Shown: positions 30,450-39,559 of the stretch, piece after piece | How positions within the stretch are numbered: position 1 is the first letter of the stretch | Layout: every line of letters begins with the position of its first letter | NCBI GenBank assembly: GCA_963796955.1 | Contig: CAWCNJ010000008.1 | Coordinates: 160,001-224,000, forward strand | Reading direction: 5' to 3' | From: Endomicrobiales bacterium | GTDB lineage: Bacteria; Elusimicrobiota; Endomicrobiia; Endomicrobiales; JALOBY01 | DNA: 64,000 bases | The notes under the pieces: model-generated | Databases searched by the model: none | What the model was told of the DNA's origin: nothing | What the model saw: only the letters and a program-made list of their open reading frames with translations | Made by a program: the position numbers and the translations under genes

Positions 30450-31673
30450 ATGGCGAATTTTACTTACAAAGCCCGTAATACTGCCGGCGGAGAGTTGGTG
30501 GGCAGTATAGAAGCACAGGACCAGCGCGTCGCCATTGACCGCCTGCGGGCACAAAAACTTATCGTTCTTGAGATAGCTGAAGAGCAGTCGAACGCGTTCA
30601 TTACCTTTGTCAAAAAGATCAATCCCTTTAAACCTTCCGTCGGTTCAAAAGAGCTGGTCGTTTTTTCACGGCAGCTGGCGACGCTGGTTTCCGCGGGCGT
30701 ACCGATCGTGCAGGGCCTGGGTATCCTGGTGGACCAGGCCGACAGTTTGGTCTTTAAGAGCGTTATTCAGACTATCCGCGCCGATATAGAACAGGGTATA
30801 TCTATTACCGAGGCCATGAAAAAACATCCGGTAGCCTTTTCAGAGCTGTATGTGTCCATGATCAAGGCGGGCGAAATGGGCGGTATCCTGGATACGATAC
30901 TTGAAAGACTTTCGTCCTACCTGGAAGCCGCGGAAGAGCTGAAGGGCAAGGTTCAGGGGGCAATGGTCTATCCGGGTGTTATTTCCCTGGTGGCCGGCTC
31001 AATTACCCTGTTCCTTCTTATTTTTGTCATACCCACGTTCCAGACGATCTTTGCCAGTTTTGGCGCGACACTGCCGCTGCCAACGCGTGTTCTGATAGGT
31101 ATCTCTGTCTTTCTTCGAAAAGGTCTACTTGGTGTGATCGCGGCGCCGATCCTGTTGTTTTGGGCCTTTAAACAATACCGGAGCACCGCCAGAGGGCATT
31201 ATGTACTGGACGCGATCGCCCTGAAACTGCCGCTGTTCGGCATGCTGCTTAAAAAGGTCGCGGTCGCGAAATTCAGCCGCACGTTCAGTACCCTTATCAA
31301 ATCAGGGGTACCTATTCTTCAGGCGCTGGACACGGTGGGAAAAACGTCCGGCAACAAGGTCGTTGAACAGGCGATAAGCTCTGCCAAGGACTCTATCCGC
31401 GAAGGCGAGCGCATGGCGGCGCCGCTGAAGAAGACCGGTGTATTCCCTCCGATGGTGATACAGATGATCGCCATCGGTGAAGAAACGGGCAATCTGGACA
31501 CTATGTTAAACAAAATAGCTGATTTTTATGATCAGGAAGTGGACGTAAGCGTTAAAGCGCTCACCAGTATGATAGAACCGCTTATAATGGTCGCCATGGG
31601 CGTGGTGGTCGGCGCGATAGTACTGGCGATGTTCCTGCCGATGTTCGAGATGAGCCAACTGGCGAGCAAATAA
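30450..31673 (+). CDS. pilC: Type IV pilus platform protein (PilC/GspF)
   Basis: Two T2SSF domains: FSRQLATLVSAGVP, GEMGGIL, AMVYP, GEETGNLD, MIEP. Confidence 0.95.
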   Translation: MANFTYKARNTAGGELVGSIEAQDQRVAIDRLRAQKLIVLEIAEEQSNAFITFVKKINPFKPSVGSKELVVFSRQLATLVSAGVPIVQGLGILVDQADSLVFKSVIQTIRADIEQGISITEAMKKHPVAFSELYVSMIKAGEMGGILDTILERLSSYLEAAEELKGKVQGAMVYPGVISLVAGSITLFLLIFVIPTFQTIFASFGATLPLPTRVLIGISVFLRKGLLGVIAAPILLFWAFKQYRSTARGHYVLDAIALKLPLFGMLLKKVAVAKFSRTFSTLIKSGVPILQALDTVGKTSGNKVVEQAISSAKDSIREGERMAAPLKKTGVFPPMVIQMIAIGEETGNLDTMLNKIADFYDQEVDVSVKALTSMIEPLIMVAMGVVVGAIVLAMFLPMFEMSQLASK

Positions 31674-31682
31674 CGGTTTACC

Positions 31683-31711
31683 TTGACTAATAGCGGACCC
31701 TGTGCTACACT
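31683..31711 (+). promoter_or_regulatory. Sigma70-type promoter for the major pilin
   Basis: TTGACT (31683-88), 17 nt spacer, TGc-TACACT (31706-11); strong SD AAGGAGGTGA at 31756-65. Confidence 0.7.
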
Positions 31712-31771
31712 TATATTGGGAAAATTGGAATAAATACAAAGGCTCTTATGCCTGAAAGGAGGTGAAAAAAC

Positions 31772-32227
31772 ATGAAAACGAACAAAGGCTTTACACTGAT
31801 CGAGTTGATGATCGTGGTCGCTATTATCGGTATTCTTTCCGCAATCGCAATACCGAAATTCGCCGACCTCATCCGTAAATCAAACGAAGGCGCCACGAAA
31901 GGCAACCTCGGTGCGGTGCGCAGCGCCCTGTCCATTTATTACGGTGAACAGGACGGCAAGTACCCGGCAGCGGGAGCAACCCTTGGCACGACACTTACCA
32001 TGGATAACGGCAAGTATCTCAAGGATATGCCAACCGTTTATTGCGCCGGATACACAGATAAAAATGCGAACGTAACGGTTCGCACGGCGACGGCAGCCAC
32101 TCAGAACACCGGCACGTGGGCATACCAGGATGCATTGCCTACTTCAACCGCTCAAAAACAGTGGGGTGATTTCTGGGTTGACATGAACAACACAGATTCA
32201 AAAGGCACCAACTGGGACGCGTATTAA
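31772..32227 (+). CDS. pilA: Type IVa major pilin
   Basis: Class III signal MKTNKG|FTLIELMIVVAIIGIL with E5 and P22; own promoter, strong SD and terminator are consistent with the major subunit. Confidence 0.9.
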   Translation: MKTNKGFTLIELMIVVAIIGILSAIAIPKFADLIRKSNEGATKGNLGAVRSALSIYYGEQDGKYPAAGATLGTTLTMDNGKYLKDMPTVYCAGYTDKNANVTVRTATAATQNTGTWAYQDALPTSTAQKQWGDFWVDMNNTDSKGTNWDAY

Positions 32228-32246
32228 TTTAGCGGTCCAGACAAAT

Positions 32247-32282
32247 ATAAGAACCCTTCCGTTTGCGCGGAAGGGTTCTTAT
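32247..32282 (+). terminator. Intrinsic terminator after pilA
   Basis: 15-bp perfect stem ATAAGAACCCTTCCG / CGGAAGGGTTCTTAT with 6-nt loop. Confidence 0.85.
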
Positions 32283-32298
32283 TTGATATCATAATAAT

Positions 32299-33069
32299 AT
32301 GTTATTAATACTTGTGTTCTCTTTTTTTTCAGGCCTATGTTTTGGAAGCTTCGCAAATGTTTGCATCTACCGGCTTCAGAGAGATGAATCAATTGTCTTC
32401 CCCGGTTCGCATTGTCCCAAATGCAACGCGCCAATATTCTGGTACCACAACATTCCGATACTCAGTTTTCTTTTTCTGAGAGGCGCGTGCTCCTCCTGCA
32501 AAATGCCGATCTCATGGCGATATCCTTCGGTCGAGCTGCTGACCGGGTTTACTTTTGCCATAACCGTCCGCCAGTTTTGGCCCTCGCCATTTACCTACTT
32601 CGTTTTAGCTTTTGTGTTCATACTTATCGTTATAAGCGGCATTGATTTTGATACCCAGCTTATTCCCGATATTCTTTCGTATGGCCTTGCGGTGATCGGG
32701 CTGGCTGCCGCCCCTTCGAATTATCTGCTTGGCACAGGTATTGGGCACCGCATGATCTTCGCAAGTATCGGTGCTCTGTCAGGCGCCGGACTGCTGATAG
32801 CTGTCGCCTTTATCGGCGAAAAAATATTTAAGAAAGAGGCAATGGGCGGGGGGGATATAAAGCTTATGCTTGGGATAGGGGCATTTGTCGGCCCCGGGGG
32901 GCTGCTTCAGACAATATTCCTTGCCTCTCTGGCAGGAAGTGTCGCTGGCATCTGGCTTATCATCAGCGGCAGGATGAAACGCGGCCAATATCTTCCTTTC
33001 GGCCCCTGCCTTGCGTTAGGTGCATTTCTTACGCTTCTTCTGCCGGATCTGACCAAATTCGTGAACTAA
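32299..33069 (+). CDS. pilD: Prepilin peptidase/N-methyltransferase
   Basis: GSFANVCIYRL, SHCPKC...CSSC, IDFD, MGGGDIKL, LPFGPCL. Confidence 0.95.
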   Translation: MLLILVFSFFSGLCFGSFANVCIYRLQRDESIVFPGSHCPKCNAPIFWYHNIPILSFLFLRGACSSCKMPISWRYPSVELLTGFTFAITVRQFWPSPFTYFVLAFVFILIVISGIDFDTQLIPDILSYGLAVIGLAAAPSNYLLGTGIGHRMIFASIGALSGAGLLIAVAFIGEKIFKKEAMGGGDIKLMLGIGAFVGPGGLLQTIFLASLAGSVAGIWLIISGRMKRGQYLPFGPCLALGAFLTLLLPDLTKFVN

Positions 33070-33076
33070 AAAACCA

Positions 33077-33105
33077 TTGACAAATATACATAAATCAGTT
33101 ATATT
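33077..33105 (+). promoter_or_regulatory. Sigma70-type promoter for pilMNOPQ
   Basis: TTGACA (33077-82), 17 nt spacer, TATATT (33100-05). Confidence 0.7.
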
Positions 33106-33115
33106 TTAAAGCGAA

Positions 33116-34240
33116 ATGGCGTTATCAATCGGTTCCCTTAAGCTGCCCGACCTCCCCTTCCTTAAACCAAAGGATTGTTTTGCCGTTGACATCGGCTCAT
33201 CTTCCTTAAAAGTGGCATATTTACGTCCCAGCGGCAGCCGTTTCACCCTCCTGAAATATGGCGTATTGCCGATATCGGAAAATGCGGCAGACATTGCTCC
33301 CGCTGACAGAAGATCGGTATCAACCACCCGCCTGGGCGAGTTCCTCGCACGTGAAAAAATACTTACAAAGAACGTTGTCAGTTCCGTGAGCGGCAATCAG
33401 GTTATCGTCCGTTATGTACGCTTTCCCAAGCTTGGGCGCGAAGAACTGATGAAAACGATCCAGTTCGAAGCGGAGCCGTACATCCCGTTCGACATACGGG
33501 ACGTATTCCTGAGCTTCCACATAATCGGTGATATCGTCGAAGAAGGCCAGAAGAAGATGGAGACGATACTGGTCGCGTCAAAAAAAGATGTGGTGCAGTC
33601 CAAACTGGATATTTTGAACGACCTCAACCTTCGCCCGATCGTCGTTGATCTGGACGCGTTCGCGATCAAGAACGCCTACGAGCTTTCCATCGATCCTACC
33701 GTCCCCGAGACAGTTATGCTCATAAACATCGGGGCATCTACGACCAATATTTGCATTGTTGAGAACAATGTTCCACGCGTGGTGCGCGATGTTTTTATCG
33801 CGGGCAACGCATACTCAAAGGCCATACAAAGGGCGGCAGGCTGCGATTATAAGACAGCCGAAGACCTGAAAGCACGGTACAGTCTGCTGGTGACCGCCGA
33901 AGAAAAAGAACGAACGCTGGCTGAAAACCATAAGGAAGCCCTGCAGATATCGAATGCGATAACGCCGGTTACGAAAGAATTGCTCGGAGAGATCCAGCGT
34001 TCGCTGGATTTTTTCATCTCTCAAAACACGGAGCGCAGCGTCAACCGGGTATTGCTGTGCGGCGGCGGAGCTATGCTGAAGAACCTGGACCAGTATCTGC
34101 ACACCGAACTGCGCATCCCTGTTGAAATATTCAATCCGGCAGCGAAGCTTTTGGGCGGAGAATCTGTCCCAGAAAACATCGCGTCCCAATTGGCGGCCGT
34201 GATCGGCCTGGCTGCCAGACGGGAAAACGACATAAAATAA
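33116..34240 (+). CDS. pilM: Type IV pilus assembly protein PilM (actin-like)
   Basis: VDIGSSSLK, EAEPYIPF, INIGASTT, EIQRSLDFF, LCGGGA, AVIGLA. Confidence 0.93.
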   Translation: MALSIGSLKLPDLPFLKPKDCFAVDIGSSSLKVAYLRPSGSRFTLLKYGVLPISENAADIAPADRRSVSTTRLGEFLAREKILTKNVVSSVSGNQVIVRYVRFPKLGREELMKTIQFEAEPYIPFDIRDVFLSFHIIGDIVEEGQKKMETILVASKKDVVQSKLDILNDLNLRPIVVDLDAFAIKNAYELSIDPTVPETVMLINIGASTTNICIVENNVPRVVRDVFIAGNAYSKAIQRAAGCDYKTAEDLKARYSLLVTAEEKERTLAENHKEALQISNAITPVTKELLGEIQRSLDFFISQNTERSVNRVLLCGGGAMLKNLDQYLHTELRIPVEIFNPAAKLLGGESVPENIASQLAAVIGLAARRENDIK

Positions 34241-34241
34241 C

Positions 34242-34805
34242 ATGATCAAAATTAACCTCCTGCCATCTGAATCGATAAAAAAAGAGGAACGTAAGGAAAT
34301 ATTCGCATTGGCCTGCGTTATTGTTGTTATTTGCGTCGGGTTGGGCGGCGTTCATTACACAATGAAGCTTGCCTCTTACGCCAAGCTTAAACAACGCTCA
34401 GAGAAAACGCAGCAGGAGTTAGGCAAATACGAAAATATCGTCAAGCAGGTTGAAGCGCTCCAGGCCACTAAGAACGTTCTTGAGTCAAAAAAGACCGTCA
34501 TTAACACATTGATGACCAGAAGGCTCGTGTATGCTCGGTTCATGGAAGCGATCGTTGACATGCTGCCGGGCAATGTGTGGTTCAAGTCCCTGACAACAAA
34601 ATATGACGGGATCGATAAGCTGGCGTGTTCTCTTTCAGCCGAAGCCAGTGATAATTATGCGATAGCCGATACGATCACGGCCATGGCGGCATCGCCTGCC
34701 TTTTCGGGCGTCGAGTTGGGAGCGATAAACAGCCATTCGGGCCCAAAACAATCTTCGTCATTTACACTGACCTTTTCATATCAGGAAAAAAAGAAAAATG
34801 GATAA
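34242..34805 (+). CDS. pilN: Type IV pilus assembly protein PilN
   Basis: N-terminal INLLP motif, TM segment, coiled coil, LPGNVWF. Confidence 0.9.
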   Translation: MIKINLLPSESIKKEERKEIFALACVIVVICVGLGGVHYTMKLASYAKLKQRSEKTQQELGKYENIVKQVEALQATKNVLESKKTVINTLMTRRLVYARFMEAIVDMLPGNVWFKSLTTKYDGIDKLACSLSAEASDNYAIADTITAMAASPAFSGVELGAINSHSGPKQSSSFTLTFSYQEKKKNG

Positions 34806-35343
34806 GAAAACTCAGCAGAACCTTGCCGCTCTTATTATAGGATTCATTCTGGCGATTTTCTTTTATTATAAATTCATGATCGTTCCGCTGGACAAAAAGT
34901 ATTCCTCGGCCCTGGACGAACTTAAAGGTTCTCAAGCCAGGCTGTCTGACATGAAACACAGAGCACTTGAATTACCGAAACTGCAGGGGGAAATGAAGTT
35001 GCTGGAAAGCGAGGTCACCGACCTTGAAAAACGTCTTCCCAAAGACAGGGAGATACCCGGACTGCTGCGCACAATTACAAAAACCGGACAGCATTTCAGG
35101 CTCACCATCGTATCGATCTCTCCCGCCGCACAGACGACCGGCTCCAACTACAATGAGATCCCTTTCCAGATTTCCGCACAAGGGACGTATCATAATCTGG
35201 CAAGCTTTTTTGCAGAGATCGGCCAGGACCCCAGGATACTGAGCGTTAAAGACGTGAATTATAACGCTTCGGCACCGACAAAAGACAACCCCAATACCGT
35301 CAACGCCACGTTCACTCTTGTCGCGTATACATTTAAAGGATGA
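34798..35343 (+). CDS. pilO: Type IV pilus assembly protein PilO
   Basis: TM plus coiled coil, LPKDREIPGLL, GTYHNLASFF; position in pilMNOPQ. Confidence 0.9.
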   Translation: MDKKTQQNLAALIIGFILAIFFYYKFMIVPLDKKYSSALDELKGSQARLSDMKHRALELPKLQGEMKLLESEVTDLEKRLPKDREIPGLLRTITKTGQHFRLTIVSISPAAQTTGSNYNEIPFQISAQGTYHNLASFFAEIGQDPRILSVKDVNYNASAPTKDNPNTVNATFTLVAYTFKG

Positions 35344-35344
35344 T

Positions 35345-35806
35345 ATGACCCGGAAATATTATTTAATGATCGTTCCTCTTATATGTTTTTTTTCGGCGTG
35401 CGGACGGGATCCGGATGTTACTGATACCTACTATTCGCCCAAAGCCAATTCAGCAGCCGCCGCAACACCTGCAACAAAGAAAGAAGACGATGTATATGTG
35501 TATAAAGGCGGCCAGAAACCGGACCCTTTCGTACCTCAAAACACGGAAGCGCCCGTGGCCGCGGCAGGCGAGATCACTATTCCGAACCTTTCAAGTTTAT
35601 CGCTTAAAGGCATCTTTTCGCTTGGTAAACAAAGAACGGCCCTCATAGCGGGAACCGGAACGACCTATATACTTAAAGACAGCCGTCTTTACGATAGCCG
35701 TCAGCGTCTGATCAAAGGGATCTCGGGAGCCATTAAAGAAAATTCCGTGATCCTTATTGCACAGGATAAGACGATGAGAGAACTTAAATTACATGATAAA
35801 GAATAG
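35345..35806 (+). CDS. pilP: PilP-like lipoprotein
   Basis: Lipobox FSAC, DPF motif (KPDPFVP), LSLKGI...ALI; lies between pilO and pilQ. Confidence 0.75.
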   Translation: MTRKYYLMIVPLICFFSACGRDPDVTDTYYSPKANSAAAATPATKKEDDVYVYKGGQKPDPFVPQNTEAPVAAAGEITIPNLSSLSLKGIFSLGKQRTALIAGTGTTYILKDSRLYDSRQRLIKGISGAIKENSVILIAQDKTMRELKLHDKE

Positions 35807-35828
35807 ATTTTCAGGAGGCACATCCAAC

Positions 35829-37889
35829 ATGAGAAAAGTGATCATTTCCCTGGTGCTATGCGTCGTGGCAGCTGTGTCGATACGTGCGGCGGAATTCGTT
35901 ACTCTTGATAAGACCAGCGTGCAGGGCAATGATGTGGTCATGACTCTTTCCGGAACATCGAAATATCATGCGTTCAAAATAGCGAACCCTCCCCGGCTGG
36001 TGGTAGAGTTCACGAACACGGAACACAACGTAAAGAATCACGAGTTGGCGATCAACGGTGATCTGATAAAACGGGTCCGCAGCGGACAATTTCAAAATGA
36101 GCCGGTGAAGATCGCGCGGGTCGTTATAGATCTTAAACGGGCTTCCGAATATCAGGTAAAAAATAACGGCAACATCGTCACTGTTTCCTTTGGTAGTGAG
36201 ACGGCCGCTAAAGTCGCGGAAGAAAAGAGCACGGAAAAAGCGCCTGCCCCAACCCCAAAAAAGAAAACGATACCGGCAAAGGTAGCCGCTGCGCCGGTAG
36301 CGCCTCCGGCAGCTCCTCCTGCAACTACCCCGGCGACGACGCCCACAGCAGCGGTCCCCTCAACGACGGAGAAAAATGCTAAGGCCGCTGAGCCTGCAGC
36401 ACCGGCACCCGTGCCATCTGCCGCAAAGATAGAGACAGAACCACCGGTACAGGAAGTAGTCGCAAAACCTCTGGAAGAAGAAACGACCGCCCCGCAGGCA
36501 AAGGGGGCTCAGGATGAAGCGGTTACCGCGACCGTAATGCCGGGAACCGTGAAATCGGAAGTTCAGGTGGAACAGCCAAAACCCGTTGCAACACATTCAA
36601 AGACCGCGGCACCCGCCTCTACCAGGTCTGATACCGGTGTACGGCTGCCCACGATGCCGGTCAGTATAGATTTTCAGGATGCGGACATTAGAGATGTGCT
36701 GCGAGTACTGGCAATGAAAAGCGGCGTTAATATTATCTATGGTCCTGATGTTGAAGGCAATATTACGATCAAACTTGACAATGTCCCTTTCAATAAAGCA
36801 TTCGACACCATACTAACCTTGAAGGGCCTGGTCAGCCAGGAGCAAAGTTCCAACATCCTGCGCATTGCGACCCCTAAAAAGATCTCCGACGAAAGATCTG
36901 AAGCGGTAACGTTCACCAAGATATTTCCGTTAAATTACGCCAAGGCGGAAGAAGTAAAAGGGAACCTTGATTCTGTCAGGCAGGCGGAAGGCAGAAAAGG
37001 CAATATTGCGGTCGACTCCAGAACTAACAGCCTCATTATTACTGACACACCCGAAGGTCTTGATAATTGTCTTAAGATCATATCGGATTTGGACAAAAAA
37101 CCGCAACAGGTTTGTATTGAGGCGCGTATCGTGGAAATGGTCGTAAGCAATACGGATGATCTGGGTATACAATGGCAATACGCAAAGGAAACCCCGGGAA
37201 ACCCGACGACGACAGTCGGATTAACTAATGGAGTCGGCGCTGCCGCGGTAACGAACGGGTTTAACGGGTCTAATCAATCCCCTGTGACGGCAGCGGGCGG
37301 CGGCACCGGCGTAACACTGGGAGCCGCGCCTGTTAACGGCGCAATAGGGGCATTCTCTTTCGGCGTCTTCAAAAGCGGAGAGTTCGCTCTGAGCGCAACA
37401 TTGAACGCGCTGGCTCAGCGGGGACTTTCACGAATTTTATCCGCTCCAAAGATCACCACAATCAACAATCAGCAGGCGCGTATTTTAGTCGGTCAAAAGA
37501 TCCCGTATACAACGACCACGGTTTCTCAGGCCGGCTCAACACAACAGACCCAATTCCTTGATGTCGGGGTAAAAATGACCGTTATACCAACGATCAATGC
37601 GGACAAACGCATCACGCTCTACGTGAAACCGGAAGTATCCCTGTACGTGAGAGCGGATGCCGCCGGTCCCGTGATCGGATCGCGTGAGGCGGAAACAACA
37701 GTGCTGGTCAATAACGGCGATACCGTCGTGATCGGCGGCTTAATAACCGATCAGGACATCAAGAACGGTACCTCAGTGCCTCTGCTGGGCGACATTCCTA
37801 TTATTGGACATCTTTTCAGAAGGGACTTTAAGAGTAAAGACCGCACCGAACTGCTGGTATTCATCACACCCAGAATACTTGAAAATTAA
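35829..37889 (+). CDS. pilQ: Type IV pilus secretin with AMIN domain and long Pro/Ala/Thr linker
   Basis: AMIN (NPPRLVVEF...ARVVIDL), STN (SIDFQDADIRDVL), N3 (LNYAKAEE...DSRTNSLII), secretin C (VPLLGDIPIIGHLFR...ELLVFITPRI); AGGAGG SD. Confidence 0.95.
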   Translation: MRKVIISLVLCVVAAVSIRAAEFVTLDKTSVQGNDVVMTLSGTSKYHAFKIANPPRLVVEFTNTEHNVKNHELAINGDLIKRVRSGQFQNEPVKIARVVIDLKRASEYQVKNNGNIVTVSFGSETAAKVAEEKSTEKAPAPTPKKKTIPAKVAAAPVAPPAAPPATTPATTPTAAVPSTTEKNAKAAEPAAPAPVPSAAKIETEPPVQEVVAKPLEEETTAPQAKGAQDEAVTATVMPGTVKSEVQVEQPKPVATHSKTAAPASTRSDTGVRLPTMPVSIDFQDADIRDVLRVLAMKSGVNIIYGPDVEGNITIKLDNVPFNKAFDTILTLKGLVSQEQSSNILRIATPKKISDERSEAVTFTKIFPLNYAKAEEVKGNLDSVRQAEGRKGNIAVDSRTNSLIITDTPEGLDNCLKIISDLDKKPQQVCIEARIVEMVVSNTDDLGIQWQYAKETPGNPTTTVGLTNGVGAAAVTNGFNGSNQSPVTAAGGGTGVTLGAAPVNGAIGAFSFGVFKSGEFALSATLNALAQRGLSRILSAPKITTINNQQARILVGQKIPYTTTTVSQAGSTQQTQFLDVGVKMTVIPTINADKRITLYVKPEVSLYVRADAAGPVIGSREAETTVLVNNGDTVVIGGLITDQDIKNGTSVPLLGDIPIIGHLFRRDFKSKDRTELLVFITPRILEN

Positions 37890-37901
37890 CCGTCCGGATT
37901 C

Positions 37902-37937
37902 AAAAACCCATAACGATGTACCGTTGTGGGTTTTTTT
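37902..37937 (+). terminator. Intrinsic terminator after pilQ
   Basis: AAAAACCCATAACG / CGTTGTGGGTTTTT stem (one G:U pair) ending in T7. Confidence 0.8.
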
Positions 37938-37957
37938 ATTGTCGGGAAAACCATAAC

Positions 37958-39559
37958 ATGAAAAGAATCCGTATATTTTTCGCAGATCACTGGCTCGAGG
38001 CCGGCTTAGGGCTTGTTCTAGCTCTGGCGCCGGTACTGCGCTTTTCATGGGATCTTTGGGCTCAAACGATCCTGCACTGTGTTGCACTGCTCCTGCTGGC
38101 GGTATTCCTGCTGTTGTACCGGCCCTCCTTATCGTTTTTTTCATTAAGCATTGCCGGCTTCTTCGCGGCAGCGCTTGCGACCATGTTCATGTCCTCTAAC
38201 AGAGCGGTGACACGGAACGAGTTGATGGTCCTCTTCGATGCTCTCGTTTTTTGCTGGCTGTTCGCCCAACTGCCAGAAGGCAAGAAACGGGCGCTGCTTC
38301 GTATCCCCTGTCTGGCAGGGGTATGGCTTTCTGTAATACTTTTATACTATTTCGTTCAATCCCCACTTCATTACTTTTCATACAGTAATTTACAGACAGA
38401 AGCGATCGTAAATTTGAATGTCATAGCAGGATATCTGCTGCTTGCGCTGGGAACCTCTTTTATATTCATTGAGCCGGATGACAATCGTTCATTGATCATG
38501 CCCGTTATACTGGCCGCGGGTATCGTATTCACCGGATCGCGCGGGGCATTGCTTGCGGGAGGCGCTGAGACGGCGATATTTTTTGCCCTTGACCGCAAAT
38601 CGCGTGGAAGATCTTTCTTGTCCGGTCTGTTGATCGTGATCCTGCTGTTGGTTTTGATAACGCTGAACAAAACAAGAGCTCATACGCCCATATCATTTTT
38701 CATTACCGACAGGCTTGACTGGTGGCGCACCGCACTGAGCGCCTTCCTTGCGAGCCCATTGTTAGGGCATGGGTGGGGCGGTTTCGGAGGATTCTCCTCT
38801 GTATATAAAATACGTCCCGGACTTAATTCGCTGTATTGCCACAATTTGATACTGCAGGTGGCGGCTGAGTCGGGATTAGCGGGCCTTGCCGCGATCTCGG
38901 TCTTTTTATTCGCCGCTTTTTCCCGAACGTTGAGGCGCTTATTGAGCGGACAGCGGATAATGCTGCCGGTATTATTGGCGCTCACCGGTTTCCTGGCCCA
39001 GAATCTTTTTGATTACAGCTTTTATATACCTGGTGTCATGATACTATTTTTTGTTTTGTGCGCCTTCTCCTGTCAGGCTTCATCTCAACGGCGTCCGCTG
39101 AACGTTACCGCCCTGATAGTAACAATAGCGGTTGTGGCCGGTGTTATCGTGCTCGCGGTACAGCCGTTGCGTGCAAGCCGGAACTACCAGCATGCCACAT
39201 ACCTTTTCAAAGCTGGACACGAAACGGAGGCCGACCGTTTTCTCGCTACCGCGACAAGGCTGGACCCCCTTGATCCGCAGATATACGCCGCCCGCGCGGA
39301 AATAGCTTTCAGTGTTTACACACGCACCAAAGACGATAGTTTTATCGCACAAGCCGTCGACTACCAAAAGAAGGCCGTCGAATTGTTCGACACAGACGCC
39401 TCTCTCTGGGGAGACCTTGCCTGGCTGATGACTGTCAGGGGTGATGAGCAGGGGGCGCTCTCGGCGGTGTCCCAGGCCATAAAGCTTGATCGTTTTAATG
39501 AAAGGTACAAGGGTATTCAGAGGGCTATTATTGCGGGTCACCCGGATGAGGATCTATGA
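37958..39559 (+). CDS. O-antigen ligase-like (Wzy_C) protein with C-terminal TPRs; candidate protein O-oligosaccharyltransferase
   Basis: Multi-TM; FTGSRGA, DRLDWW...PLLGHGWGGF, HNLILQVAAESG; TPR-like helices (ATRLDPLDP, AIKLDRFN). Confidence 0.8.
   Translation: MKRIRIFFADHWLEAGLGLVLALAPVLRFSWDLWAQTILHCVALLLLAVFLLLYRPSLSFFSLSIAGFFAAALATMFMSSNRAVTRNELMVLFDALVFCWLFAQLPEGKKRALLRIPCLAGVWLSVILLYYFVQSPLHYFSYSNLQTEAIVNLNVIAGYLLLALGTSFIFIEPDDNRSLIMPVILAAGIVFTGSRGALLAGGAETAIFFALDRKSRGRSFLSGLLIVILLLVLITLNKTRAHTPISFFITDRLDWWRTALSAFLASPLLGHGWGGFGGFSSVYKIRPGLNSLYCHNLILQVAAESGLAGLAAISVFLFAAFSRTLRRLLSGQRIMLPVLLALTGFLAQNLFDYSFYIPGVMILFFVLCAFSCQASSQRRPLNVTALIVTIAVVAGVIVLAVQPLRASRNYQHATYLFKAGHETEADRFLATATRLDPLDPQIYAARAEIAFSVYTRTKDDSFIAQAVDYQKKAVELFDTDASLWGDLAWLMTVRGDEQGALSAVSQAIKLDRFNERYKGIQRAIIAGHPDEDL

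Noticed and set aside
31790..32227. Pilin as an electrically conductive e-pilin (about 10% aromatic; F1, F24, Y50/Y51, Y58)
   Set aside because: It lacks aromatics at positions 27 and 32, no cytochromes are nearby, and the sequence criterion itself is contested.
27724..37889. Locus as a type II secretion system
   Set aside because: PilT with AIRNLIR, PilM/N/O/P and an AMIN-containing secretin indicate a type IVa pilus.
37903..37960. Near-repeat AAAACC(C)ATAAC(G)ATG in the pilQ terminator and before the next start
   Set aside because: Short, AT-rich and imperfect; cannot be told from chance, though it could pair with the terminator 3' arm.
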